A stretch of DNA of 64,000 nucleotides from a virus (IMGVR_UViG_3300015214_000031:10694-74693); one strand, 5' to 3'. Shown: positions 9,358-18,280, counted from the first letter of the stretch. Notes: generated from the sequence alone by a model not told the origin. Program-made: numbers and translations.

Positions 9358-9377
9358 GGGGGGATTCATTTCCCCCC
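9358..9377 (+). promoter_or_regulatory. G/C-run hairpin between TAACTACTAAC and the next SD
   Basis: GGGGGGA-TTCATT-TCCCCCC; no U-tract on either strand. Confidence 0.4.
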
Positions 9378-9403
9378 TATAAAAAATGAAAGGAGAATAA
9401 GAA

Positions 9404-10285
9404 ATGTCATATGAAAATACATTTGAAAGTGCATGTTTGGTTGTCGTTACAATTAAAAATTGGAATGCATTTAAAAAGATCCCCAAAGAAAAGCTTTCCC
9501 AATTGGTAAAAAACAAAAAACTTTCTGAAAGAGTGAGAGGAACAAAAGAACTTGTTGACAGGAAGAAACTTGCTGATATCAATAGTGTAATCAATAAAAC
9601 AAGAAACACGGTTAAAGCTTATTCACTTCCATTCCCAATTCCTACTGTTTTTCTTGTTCCAAAACAAAAGATTGAAAAACTTGCTGAAGAAATAAACGAA
9701 TTTAAAGAAGCTTTGAATGATGCAGTAGATGATTTTGCAGAAGACTATGATAAATACATTACAGAAGCAGAAGAAACATTAGGAGAAGAACTTTTTAATG
9801 AAAATGATTTCCCAAAGAATATTAAAGAAAGATTTCAAATTGAAGTAAGATTTATAGAAATGACTGTACCTGGAAAGTTGAAAAAGTTTTCTCCTGAAGT
9901 TTATAAAGAGGAAGAAAGAAAATACAAAGAGATGATGGAGCAAGCAAGGAAGGAAGCTGTTCTATTTCTAAGAGAAGGATTTGCAGAAATCCTGAATAAA
10001 ATGATTGAAACATTAACAGGAAATGATGGTGAACCAAAAAAGATAAGATCTGATGCTGTTCAAAGAATTGATAAGTTCTTTGATGAATTCCTTTCAAAGA
10101 ATATCTTTAAAGATGATGAACTTCAGAACATGATTAAACAGGCAAAAGAAGTGATGATGGGAGTTAATGCAAAAGATCTGAAAAACTCTGAAAAGCTCAG
10201 GCAGTATGTCACCAAGAATATCGAAAAAGTCCAAGAAGAATTGGATAAATCTATAACTACCTACAAGCGTTCACTGTTGATTTAA
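9404..10285 (+). CDS. DUF3150-like coiled-coil protein
   Basis: LVVVTIKNWNA...GTKELVD...YSLPFPIPTVFLVP...F..DY......L.E.FNENDFP matches my recollection of DUF3150-type proteins found near AAA ATPases. Confidence 0.6.
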   Translation: MSYENTFESACLVVVTIKNWNAFKKIPKEKLSQLVKNKKLSERVRGTKELVDRKKLADINSVINKTRNTVKAYSLPFPIPTVFLVPKQKIEKLAEEINEFKEALNDAVDDFAEDYDKYITEAEETLGEELFNENDFPKNIKERFQIEVRFIEMTVPGKLKKFSPEVYKEEERKYKEMMEQARKEAVLFLREGFAEILNKMIETLTGNDGEPKKIRSDAVQRIDKFFDEFLSKNIFKDDELQNMIKQAKEVMMGVNAKDLKNSEKLRQYVTKNIEKVQEELDKSITTYKRSLLI

Positions 10286-10289
10286 GGGG

Positions 10290-10318
10290 TTTACAACTCA
10301 ATGAAACTGATGTAAGAT
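10290..10318 (+). promoter_or_regulatory. Sigma70-like promoter for the recombination genes
   Basis: TTTACA-N17-TAAGAT in the intergenic gap before 10366. Confidence 0.5.
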
Positions 10319-10365
10319 AGACCTTCATTTCTTATGGGGGTCTATCTAAAAAGGATTTTTATATC

Positions 10366-10797
10366 ATGAAACCAAAACTAAAAATCAAGGATGACTATGA
10401 TGATTTTGATCCTGATGAAGCATTGATTATTGACAAAAAGAACTTGGATGAAGAAAATAGATTTCAAGCAAAATTAATGGCTAAATATTCCAGAATATTT
10501 GGAAAAAAGGTAAAAGAAAGATACAATGCTGAATTGAATCTGGACATTGTTAAAGATCAATTAGGAGATGATGTAAAAAAGAATCCTAAAAAATGGGGAA
10601 TAAAGAAAGGAGAAAGAATAACAGAAGCATTGATTTCAAGAGTTATTGTTCGGTCTGAGAGATATCAACAAGCACATAAACGATATGCTAAAGCCTATTC
10701 AGAATATAAAGAATGGGAAGGGTTATTGAAAGCCTGTGAACAACGTGCTTGGTCTTTAAAGTCGTTAGAAAATCTTTGGGAGAAAAACTATTATTAA
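10366..10797 (+). CDS. UvsY-like recombination mediator
   Basis: IDKKNLDEE..FQ...ITEALI...Y......A..L.KACEQR...L..L....YY helical pattern; precedes SSB- and RecA-like genes. Confidence 0.5.
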   Translation: MKPKLKIKDDYDDFDPDEALIIDKKNLDEENRFQAKLMAKYSRIFGKKVKERYNAELNLDIVKDQLGDDVKKNPKKWGIKKGERITEALISRVIVRSERYQQAHKRYAKAYSEYKEWEGLLKACEQRAWSLKSLENLWEKNYY

Positions 10798-10804
10798 TTA
10801 ACAT

Positions 10805-10890
10805 GGGGGCATGGTGGAACTGGCATACACAACGGTTTTAAGCACCGTTGCCTTAGTGGATTGAGGGATCGATTCCCTCTGCCCCCACCA
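10805..10890 (+). tRNA. trnL: tRNA-Leu (anticodon UAA), class II with variable arm, CCA encoded
   Basis: Acceptor GGGGGCA/TGCCCCC + A73 + CCA. D arm GTGGAACTGGCATACAC. Anticodon stem ACGGT/ACCGT with loop TTTAAGC. T stem GAGGG/CCCTC with loop ATCGATT. Confidence 0.9.
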
Positions 10891-10908
10891 AAAAGAAAGG
10901 ATAAGTTT

Positions 10909-12003
10909 ATGAAAATTAAAAAGAACAAAAAAAAGGATAAGAAAAGTAGTGATGATGTAAGGGGATCTTTTAAGAAACGAAAGAAAACCACACTTGAAAA
11001 AACTTATGAGGAAAGAGAAAAGCAATCTTCTTCTAATGGAAATGGTTTGACTATTTTCAATGAAGAAAAAATGGAGGAGTATGGTATTGAAGAAATCAAA
11101 TATACTAAAAAAGGTGAATATTTCTTCAATGCCTTGCCCATTTCAGATGATCCAGATGAACCTTATCATAAGGAAGTCCCTGTTCATTATGGGGTAGGAA
11201 TTGATAACGATCAATTCATCTGTATGAATCTTTATACAAAAGGTGAGGAAAAGTGTTATCGGTGCCTTACTCAAAAGAAAGGCTGGAAATCTTGGAATAG
11301 AAAAGATGGATCGGTAAAAAAGCAATTGGTTTCAATGTATCCAAGTGATCGTTGCTTGTATCTTGTATGGGATGAATCGGCAAGAGCAAAAGGTGAAGAA
11401 CCAGAAGAGAAGATTTATATCTGGAATGCACCAAAGAAGGGTGCTCATGCAAAGATTCAAAATAAAGTAAGAAATAAAAAGACCCAGGAAACTTTGGATA
11501 TTTCCGATGTATCAGATGATGAAGATTCCGAAGGCAGAACCATTTACATGAAAGTTGGAATAAAAGAAGTTGTTGATGAAAATACAAAAGTAAAAAGTGA
11601 ATTTCCTCAATATGATGATTTTGAATTGCATGAAAGAGATGAACCAATTCCAAAGAAAGTTTTAAAACAGTTGCGTCAATTGATTGATGATGCATCAGAA
11701 GAAGGAATGAATGCAATTGAGTTTCTACTTCGTTTCCCTGAACAAGATGAATTGGAAACAGCTATGTCCACAGAAGTTGCAGTAGATACAGAAAATGAAG
11801 ACGAACCGGAAACCAAGGAAGATAAACGAAGAAATAAAAAGAAGATAACCGTTGAAGATGAATTAGAGGACCTTGACACTAAAAAAGAAATAAAACTTTG
11901 GGCAAAAAAGAAAAAGATTTGGGGTGATGTAGTTGATTGGTCAATGGATGTGGATGAAATGAAGGAAGCAATCGTTGAACATTTCAATGATGAAGATGAT
12001 TAA
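10909..12003 (+). CDS. Single-stranded DNA-binding protein-like (phage gp32-type), acidic C-terminus
   Basis: ATG 10909 with SD AAAGGA (the track start at 10861 lies inside the tRNA). VPVHYGVG..FIC......KCYRC; position between UvsY-like and RecA-like genes. Confidence 0.55.
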   Translation: MKIKKNKKKDKKSSDDVRGSFKKRKKTTLEKTYEEREKQSSSNGNGLTIFNEEKMEEYGIEEIKYTKKGEYFFNALPISDDPDEPYHKEVPVHYGVGIDNDQFICMNLYTKGEEKCYRCLTQKKGWKSWNRKDGSVKKQLVSMYPSDRCLYLVWDESARAKGEEPEEKIYIWNAPKKGAHAKIQNKVRNKKTQETLDISDVSDDEDSEGRTIYMKVGIKEVVDENTKVKSEFPQYDDFELHERDEPIPKKVLKQLRQLIDDASEEGMNAIEFLLRFPEQDELETAMSTEVAVDTENEDEPETKEDKRRNKKKITVEDELEDLDTKKEIKLWAKKKKIWGDVVDWSMDVDEMKEAIVEHFNDEDD

Positions 12004-12010
12004 TTAATAA

Positions 12011-12028
12011 GGGGGGAGAAATCCCCCC
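12011..12028 (+). terminator. Stem-loop with GAAA tetraloop between the SSB-like and RecA-like genes
   Basis: GGGGGGA-GAAA-TCCCCCC flanked by A/T-rich sequence. Confidence 0.45.
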
Positions 12029-12084
12029 ATTAATGTAATGACAGAATGAAAATTGTTTTTAAAAATTTTTGCTGGAGCAATAAT

Positions 12085-13305
12085 ATGAAAATAAAGTTAA
12101 ACAGTAAAAAAACAAAAACCCCTAGAGAAAAAGTATTAAAGAAAAGAGAACAAGAGGTTGATGAAGATGATTTTGATCTTGATGATGAAAATATAAACGA
12201 TTTAAGATTCATTTCATCGGTTAGCTACAACACAAATCTTGCTTTGACAGGAGATATAAACAAAGGGCACCCGATAGGTAGAATCATTATTGTTACAGGA
12301 GATTATTCAACAGGAAAAACAGAATACTATTTAGAAATCATAGCAAAGACAATGGCAGAATATCTTGCTAAAGGTAAAAAAATAAAAGTTGTAATTGACG
12401 ATGCTGAATATGCACTTGATGATGATTTTGCAAGAAAGTTAGGTGTTCCTAAGATTATTAAAAAAGAGCCAAAGAAAAAAATACCGGATAAATATGTTGA
12501 ACTTAGAAACTCTGAGTTAATAGAAGACTTTCATGGAAGCATCTATGAAGTCATGGAGGATTATGAAGATTATGATCTAATTCTTTACTGCCTGGATAGT
12601 ATTGATTCATTAAGTGATAGATCTGAAAAAGATCTAATTGAAAAAAATCTTAAAAAACTTAAAAAGAGAGAAGATGGAAATGATGACAACGTAGAAAAAT
12701 TAAAACAAAGTTATGGTGCTCAATTTGCTAAATACATGAGTCAATTATTTAGAAATTTAAGAGCAGATATTAAAAATACAAATACTGTTCTAATTCTTAT
12801 TGCACAATTAAGAGAGGATCTAGGAAATAAAGGTTATCAAAAGAAAACAACAAGCAGAGGAGGAAAGGCACAACGCTTTTATGCTTCACAAATTATTGAA
12901 CTACTTAGAGCAGGTAAACTTTATAAAACTCAAAAAGTAAAAAACACTTCTAAAATTCCATATGGAAGCACAGTTAAAGCTCTGGTCACTAAGAATAAAG
13001 TTTACCCTGAAGGAAGACATACTTATTATGATATTATTCTAAATCCAATAGTAGGGGTAGATAATGTAGGAAGTTTGATTGATTTCTGTACTACCTACAA
13101 GGGATTAGAAAAAAGTGGTAAGGGAAAAATAGAGTGGAATGGTAAATCATTTTCAAGGGATAAATTAAGAGAGGAAATAGGTAAAAATAAAAAGCAATAT
13201 AAAAAACTTTTAAAACTAGCTCAAGACACATGGAATGAAATTGAAGAAGAGGCAAAAATAGACATTAACCCAAAATGGAAATGGCTTGATAACATGGAGG
13301 AGTAG
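12085..13305 (+). CDS. recA: RecA/UvsX-like recombinase
   Basis: Walker A GDYSTGKT; IDDAEYALD; Walker B LYCLDSIDSL; IAQLRED; GGKAQRFYASQIIEL; TKNKV. Likely start MKIKL at 12085 (track 12046). Confidence 0.85.
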   Translation: MKIKLNSKKTKTPREKVLKKREQEVDEDDFDLDDENINDLRFISSVSYNTNLALTGDINKGHPIGRIIIVTGDYSTGKTEYYLEIIAKTMAEYLAKGKKIKVVIDDAEYALDDDFARKLGVPKIIKKEPKKKIPDKYVELRNSELIEDFHGSIYEVMEDYEDYDLILYCLDSIDSLSDRSEKDLIEKNLKKLKKREDGNDDNVEKLKQSYGAQFAKYMSQLFRNLRADIKNTNTVLILIAQLREDLGNKGYQKKTTSRGGKAQRFYASQIIELLRAGKLYKTQKVKNTSKIPYGSTVKALVTKNKVYPEGRHTYYDIILNPIVGVDNVGSLIDFCTTYKGLEKSGKGKIEWNGKSFSRDKLREEIGKNKKQYKKLLKLAQDTWNEIEEEAKIDINPKWKWLDNMEE

Positions 13306-13307
13306 AC

Positions 13308-13610
13308 ATGAATACAAAAACATTTATAAGCATGATTATTTTTATTCTTTTTAGTTTAATTATGTCCATTGCAGCTATCTTCATAGCTCAAATGATTCTT
13401 CCACCAAAAGTACATGCAGAAGAAATAACAATTTATGATCCTCAAACTGGAAATATTATGAAAGGAGAAATTGATTGTGATGGAAAGGGAAGAGTATTCA
13501 ATTCTGATAGTGGTGATTTTATAGAAATTGAAATTAAAGACGATAATACTGCCATTATCCATGATATTCAAACAGACAGCTATTATGAATCAGATATTGG
13601 AGAAGAATAA
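13308..13610 (+). CDS. Small exported/membrane-anchored protein
   Basis: N-terminal hydrophobic helix with an AxA-like cleavage site (VHA-EE), followed by acidic beta-rich repeats. Confidence 0.55.
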   Translation: MNTKTFISMIIFILFSLIMSIAAIFIAQMILPPKVHAEEITIYDPQTGNIMKGEIDCDGKGRVFNSDSGDFIEIEIKDDNTAIIHDIQTDSYYESDIGEE

Positions 13611-14215
13611 TGGCAAAAGGAAAAGGATTTGAATGGGAAATTTGCAGAGCATTGTCCTATAACTGGACTCAAGGAACTATAAATGATGATGTGTTTTGTC
13701 CTACTGATTCTTCAGGAGGGAGAGCAACCAAACGAAGAAAAAAAGGGAAGAAAACAGAATACAAATCAGCAGATATAGGACTTGCTCATCCCATAGGTGA
13801 ACTCTTAATAAAACACTGGTCAATGGAAGCTAAATCAGGATATGTAAAAAAAAGAAAAACAAAAATTGGTGTAACTAAAGATCAATGGAGCATTCTTGAT
13901 TTTTTAGATAGTAAACAGGAAAAGCCTATATTTGAAGAGTTTTGGGATCAGTGTTTGAATGATGCTGATATAACTCAAAGAGAACCAATTTTATTCTTTA
14001 GAAGAAACAATAGAAAAGCTTGTACTGCAATATATAAATCTCTTTTTAATAGATTAAATAATTTTTTTGGAAAACCAAAAATGCAGTATCTAATTTTTTC
14101 TTCTGAATTTGGAGACATTATAATCATGAACTTTAATGAATTTCTTGAATGGTGTCATGATTTGAAATCATTCATAGAATATTTGGAGAAAGGAAATGGG
14201 AAAGAAAAAATATAA
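13610..14215 (+). CDS. Holliday junction resolvase-like PD-(D/E)xK nuclease
   Basis: KGKGFEWEIC...SSGGRAT...ADI...MEAKSG...ILFFRRNNRK. Confidence 0.75.
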   Translation: MAKGKGFEWEICRALSYNWTQGTINDDVFCPTDSSGGRATKRRKKGKKTEYKSADIGLAHPIGELLIKHWSMEAKSGYVKKRKTKIGVTKDQWSILDFLDSKQEKPIFEEFWDQCLNDADITQREPILFFRRNNRKACTAIYKSLFNRLNNFFGKPKMQYLIFSSEFGDIIIMNFNEFLEWCHDLKSFIEYLEKGNGKEKI

Positions 14216-14696
14216 ACTAATCCCTCATTCCAAAAAGAGGTTAAGGCAACCGGATAGGGTTCAAGCGCCTATCGCACCAAAAAGAATAACACAGGCCATG
14301 TTAAATAATGAACTAACTACAGTAAAACGAATGACCAACACAAGATCACTTCTTTATGGTGAAATAGATGAAATTCCTGTAAAGATGATAGTCAGTAAAA
14401 CAACAAAAACAATAAGAACTTTTTTACCTTTAAATTATCAATATAAATATATAAATATAATCGCATATCAAGGAAATGAATACAGGATAACAATTTATCC
14501 AGATTGTTACATGGAATGTTCTGATGCAACCAAAATGACTAAGATTGAAATACGAAGAAAAGAGGGATGGGATCTATGTTGTGTAAAAGAAAGTATATTC
14601 AAATATTTATTTGGAGAAGTATGGAGGAAGTACCAAGAAGAATTTCTTAAAAGGAATACAAACCATGAAACCTCCATTGAAAATAAAGCTGGATAA
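14196..14696 (+). CDS. Hypothetical protein
   Basis: 166-aa ORF overlapping its neighbours. Confidence 0.55.
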   Translation: MGKKKYKLIPHSKKRLRQPDRVQAPIAPKRITQAMLNNELTTVKRMTNTRSLLYGEIDEIPVKMIVSKTTKTIRTFLPLNYQYKYINIIAYQGNEYRITIYPDCYMECSDATKMTKIEIRRKEGWDLCCVKESIFKYLFGEVWRKYQEEFLKRNTNHETSIENKAG

Positions 14697-15252
14697 AGAA
14701 TTTAAAGGGAATGTTTGGGATCTTGTAGGTCTTGTTAATTTAATATGTATTCCTACTAATGGCTGGTATGACAAAAGACAAGTAACAAAACTGACAGAAA
14801 AAGTGTCCAGAGAAGCAGATAAGAAATTTCCAGGACTTAAAAAAGATATAGGATTTACAGTTTCAACCTTTGGAAACTTTGCTCATTTTATAAAAGTTAT
14901 TTATCCAAAAAATTTAGTTTCACACAATATAGACCAATACACAAGACTTGCAATATTCCCTACAAGATCACAATATGTAAAATGTAATAAGAAAAAAATA
15001 AATATAATTATTAGTAAAAGAGATGAATATGAAAAAGATGATCGTGTTCCTGGTTATTATGCAAGTCCTTCTTTAAAACTGATAGAGGAATCCAGTAAGT
15101 TTTTATTAGGACAAGTAGAATGTTTAAAATTAAAAAAAGTAGTCATAGTGAAACCTGAAGACATTGATTGGGAAGATGTAAAAGAAGTGTTTAAAGAAGT
15201 AGGGATATATAATCATCCATCTTTCTATTTTATTAAACACAGGGGGGAGTGA
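14665..15252 (+). CDS. Macrodomain-like protein (degenerate ADP-ribose-binding fold)
   Basis: GNVWD...ICIPTNG...EA.KKFPGL...GN...IFPT...VPGYY....LIEES...WEDVK matches the phage macrodomain family, but the Gly-rich loops are missing. ATG 14665 with SD AAGGA. Confidence 0.6.
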   Translation: MKPPLKIKLDKEFKGNVWDLVGLVNLICIPTNGWYDKRQVTKLTEKVSREADKKFPGLKKDIGFTVSTFGNFAHFIKVIYPKNLVSHNIDQYTRLAIFPTRSQYVKCNKKKINIIISKRDEYEKDDRVPGYYASPSLKLIEESSKFLLGQVECLKLKKVVIVKPEDIDWEDVKEVFKEVGIYNHPSFYFIKHRGE

Positions 15253-15542
15253 TGAAGAATTTTTTAGAATCATTATTTGGATTTTTAGTTGGAGGTAGTA
15301 CAATTTGTTTTTTAATATTTTTATTCAATACAAACAAAATTGGGTTAGCTCTTTTTATGTTTATTGTCGGTAGCATTTGTGGATTTAGTATTACAGGAAT
15401 TATACTTTCAATAGCTATAAATAAAATGGAAAAGAAAGGAAAACTAATTTATGTACCTAAAAGCTTTAATGTTGAAAAATTTTCAGTGCCATATGAAAAA
15501 GTTGAAGATCAAATTTGTAGGTCCAGGTATCAATATCATTAA
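15249..15542 (+). CDS. Small membrane protein (2 TM)
   Basis: Two hydrophobic stretches. Confidence 0.5.
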   Translation: MMKNFLESLFGFLVGGSTICFLIFLFNTNKIGLALFMFIVGSICGFSITGIILSIAINKMEKKGKLIYVPKSFNVEKFSVPYEKVEDQICRSRYQYH

Positions 15543-16521
15543 AGGAGATAGTGAAGCAGGAAAGACTGCACTATTCCGATTTATAAAACTTGTTGTATTT
15601 AACAGACCAACCAATTCAGCAAAGAAGTTCACATCCAGTGGTAAAAAGACATATCGGGGGAAAATAGTTACCACTGAAGGATCTGTTACACGGACCACCA
15701 GAAAATATATAGTAGAAAAAAATGAAAACAAACAAATATTAACTTCTTTTGGAAAAGATGTTCCTGATCCGGTTACAAAAACATTAAATCTAAAACCAAT
15801 TAACTTTCAAAGTCAATTCAATCACAATTACATTATATTTCAAAATGAATCACAGGCAGCAAAGACACTTGAGAAAGCTTTTGGTAATGAAGATCAAGAA
15901 AAGCTAATCAAAGAATTGAAGAAATGGATCAGTGAAGCTAAATCAGATTACAAACACCACTTAAAAAACAAAAAGGAATGTAAAGAAACTATAAAAAGAT
16001 TAAGTAGAATAAAAGAATTTAAAGAAGAAATAGAAGAGATAAGAGAACTAGAAGAGAACATTGAATCCATCGAAAATGAAATGAAAGACATTAGTAAGTT
16101 ATTACAAACTTTAGAAAAGATAGAAAAAGAGAAAATAGATTTGGATTTTATTGAGTATTGTTTTTCAGAATGCAAAGCTATTGAAGAACTTGATAAGAAA
16201 GTAAATGAATGCTCAAACGAATTAAGAAATTTAGGGAATTTAATACACACACTGGAAAATACTGAATCATCCATAAAGCTAGAAAGAATTTCTAACTGGC
16301 TACAAGAATCCCACAGACTTTATTTTCTGGATGAAAAAATAAATAAGTTAGACGATCAAATCAGTAGAATCAAACCATTGATAAAACAACTTGATGAATG
16401 TGAAGATATAAAAGAAATAAAAGTAATGATTGAAAAATGCGAAGAAGAAATTAAAAACACTTTGAATAGAATACCAGAATGCCCATTCATGAACATCTGT
16501 GAAAGGAGAGATAAGAAATGA
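15451..16521 (+). CDS. sbcC: SbcC/Rad50 (gp46-like) N-terminal half
   Basis: LKNFQCH; Walker A GDSEAGKT; Q-loop INFQSQF; long coiled coil ending CPFMNIC. Confidence 0.8.
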   Translation: MYLKALMLKNFQCHMKKLKIKFVGPGINIIKGDSEAGKTALFRFIKLVVFNRPTNSAKKFTSSGKKTYRGKIVTTEGSVTRTTRKYIVEKNENKQILTSFGKDVPDPVTKTLNLKPINFQSQFNHNYIIFQNESQAAKTLEKAFGNEDQEKLIKELKKWISEAKSDYKHHLKNKKECKETIKRLSRIKEFKEEIEEIRELEENIESIENEMKDISKLLQTLEKIEKEKIDLDFIEYCFSECKAIEELDKKVNECSNELRNLGNLIHTLENTESSIKLERISNWLQESHRLYFLDEKINKLDDQISRIKPLIKQLDECEDIKEIKVMIEKCEEEIKNTLNRIPECPFMNICERRDKK

Positions 16522-17471
16522 AAATTATAAACATATCAGATTTGCATATTTATGGGAAAAATCCTATTTGTAGAACAGATGATTTAGTTACTGTTCAATT
16601 TGCAAAACTAGAAGAAGTAGTAAAAGCATCGAATAAATTAGATTGTCCAATAATAATCAATGGAGATATAACAGAAAGTCCCAATGTAGGATATGGAATA
16701 TTCACAACCTTAGCTAATATATTTTTAAAGTGCATCAATGGGGTTTTTTTTGTTTATGGTCAGCATGATCTACTTTGGCACGATTTATCTACTTCTCATT
16801 TAACAGCTACAGGAGCATTAGAAGCAACACAAGCAATTAGAAATATGGATAAATTTTGGGAAGAGTTTGGTAAAAAATTTTCATATGCAAATTGGGGAGA
16901 GGATATAAACTATGTAGGAAATTATTTAATCACACATAAACCCATTGTATCTAAAAACATAATCAATCAATTTGCTTGGTTGAAGCATAATTCAAATACA
17001 GATAAATTTTATATTTTTGAAAAACTAATATCACAATTCAAACTAATGCTCTGTGGAGATTGGCATAGAAGATACATTTATAAAAGTGGTGGAACTTTGT
17101 TGGTGAACCCAGGAGCATTAACAAGAAGAGAAGCAAACCAAGATAGCTTGGATACCTTTCCTTCTTATGTAGTAATTGATTTAGATACCTTAGAATATAA
17201 AATAACTCCATTGAAATGTGCTAAACCAGCAGGGGAGATTATCTCTGACAGTCATTTGGAAATGGCTAAAATGAAAAAAGAAGTAGGGGTGGATGTATCA
17301 CAATTTGTAAAGGCAATAGAACTTGGAGAATCGGGGGAATCCAAGCTTATCCATTTTTTACTGAGGGCGATAAAGTCTGGTGAAATAGACAAGGAAATAT
17401 CAGAAGTTTTAAAAAAGTTAATCAGTAAAGTATCCGATGAAAAACTTGACTATGAACATTTGGAGAAATAA
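16518..17471 (+). CDS. sbcD: SbcD/Mre11 (gp47-like) metallophosphoesterase nuclease
   Basis: SDLH, NGDI, GQHD, ITH, GDWHR, NPGAL.R motifs. Confidence 0.88.
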   Translation: MKIINISDLHIYGKNPICRTDDLVTVQFAKLEEVVKASNKLDCPIIINGDITESPNVGYGIFTTLANIFLKCINGVFFVYGQHDLLWHDLSTSHLTATGALEATQAIRNMDKFWEEFGKKFSYANWGEDINYVGNYLITHKPIVSKNIINQFAWLKHNSNTDKFYIFEKLISQFKLMLCGDWHRRYIYKSGGTLLVNPGALTRREANQDSLDTFPSYVVIDLDTLEYKITPLKCAKPAGEIISDSHLEMAKMKKEVGVDVSQFVKAIELGESGESKLIHFLLRAIKSGEIDKEISEVLKKLISKVSDEKLDYEHLEK

Positions 17472-17711
17472 ATGGAAAGATTACAAAGTTTAACAAAAAG
17501 ATTGGAAAGGCTAAAAGAAAAAGAACAGGAACGAATAGCATTGAAAAAAGTAACTCAAGATCAGCTTAAAGAAAGATATGGATGCTCTACTAAAAAGGAA
17601 GCTGATAAATATTTTTTAAAATTAAAAAAGAAAAGAGAAAAACTAAATGATGAAAAAGAAAAGAGATTAAATAACTTAGAAAAAGAAATGAAAGATGAGG
17701 GAATTTTATGA
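17472..17711 (+). CDS. Small coiled-coil protein (possible third piece of SbcC)
   Basis: 79-aa heptad-rich ORF between SbcD and the SbcC C-terminal half. Confidence 0.55.
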   Translation: MERLQSLTKRLERLKEKEQERIALKKVTQDQLKERYGCSTKKEADKYFLKLKKKREKLNDEKEKRLNNLEKEMKDEGIL

Positions 17712-18280
17712 ACTCTGATAAACTTTACAAAATAATATGTGAAAGAGAAACTGAATATGATCTTGCTAAAAAGAAATTGAAAACAACACGAATAGAATTA
17801 GGCAAATTAAAAAAGAAACTATCAGCATATGAAAAGACAAAAGCTACCATTCTTCTTTTTGCAGCTAGAGCTAAAGAGGAAACTAAAAAGTATATTGAGA
17901 ATACAATAACACTTGCACTTGAAATTGTATTTGGCAAGGAATACAAAGCAGTCCTTGAAGTAAAAGACCAAGAAGTCAAGTTTCTGGTTGACAAAGGTGG
18001 GATTCTGTTAGAACCTAGAGAAGAACAGACTTCCGGGGGTTTGGTTGACATATACAATTTAGCATTACAAATAACATCACATAAACTAGAACCAAATACA
18101 GAACCAGTTTTCTTTTTAGATCAACCTTGTGACAATTTAGATCACAAAAGAAAACCATTGGCAGCAAAATTTATTAAAACAATAACTAAAGATTTGAATC
18201 TCCAAATGAACATAATAACTCATGAAGAAGAATTCATAAAAATTGGTGATAATGTAATTACATTAGGAGAAAAAGAATGA
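17708..18280 (+). CDS. sbcC: SbcC/Rad50 C-terminal half
   Basis: Coiled coil, signature TSGG, Walker B FFLDQP (E to Q), D-loop NLD, H-loop ITH. Confidence 0.8.
   Translation: MNSDKLYKIICERETEYDLAKKKLKTTRIELGKLKKKLSAYEKTKATILLFAARAKEETKKYIENTITLALEIVFGKEYKAVLEVKDQEVKFLVDKGGILLEPREEQTSGGLVDIYNLALQITSHKLEPNTEPVFFLDQPCDNLDHKRKPLAAKFIKTITKDLNLQMNIITHEEEFIKIGDNVITLGEKE

Noticed and set aside
10861-10908. TTG-initiated N-terminal extension of the SSB-like ORF
   Set aside because: It overlaps the tRNA 3' half; ATG 10909 has a proper SD.
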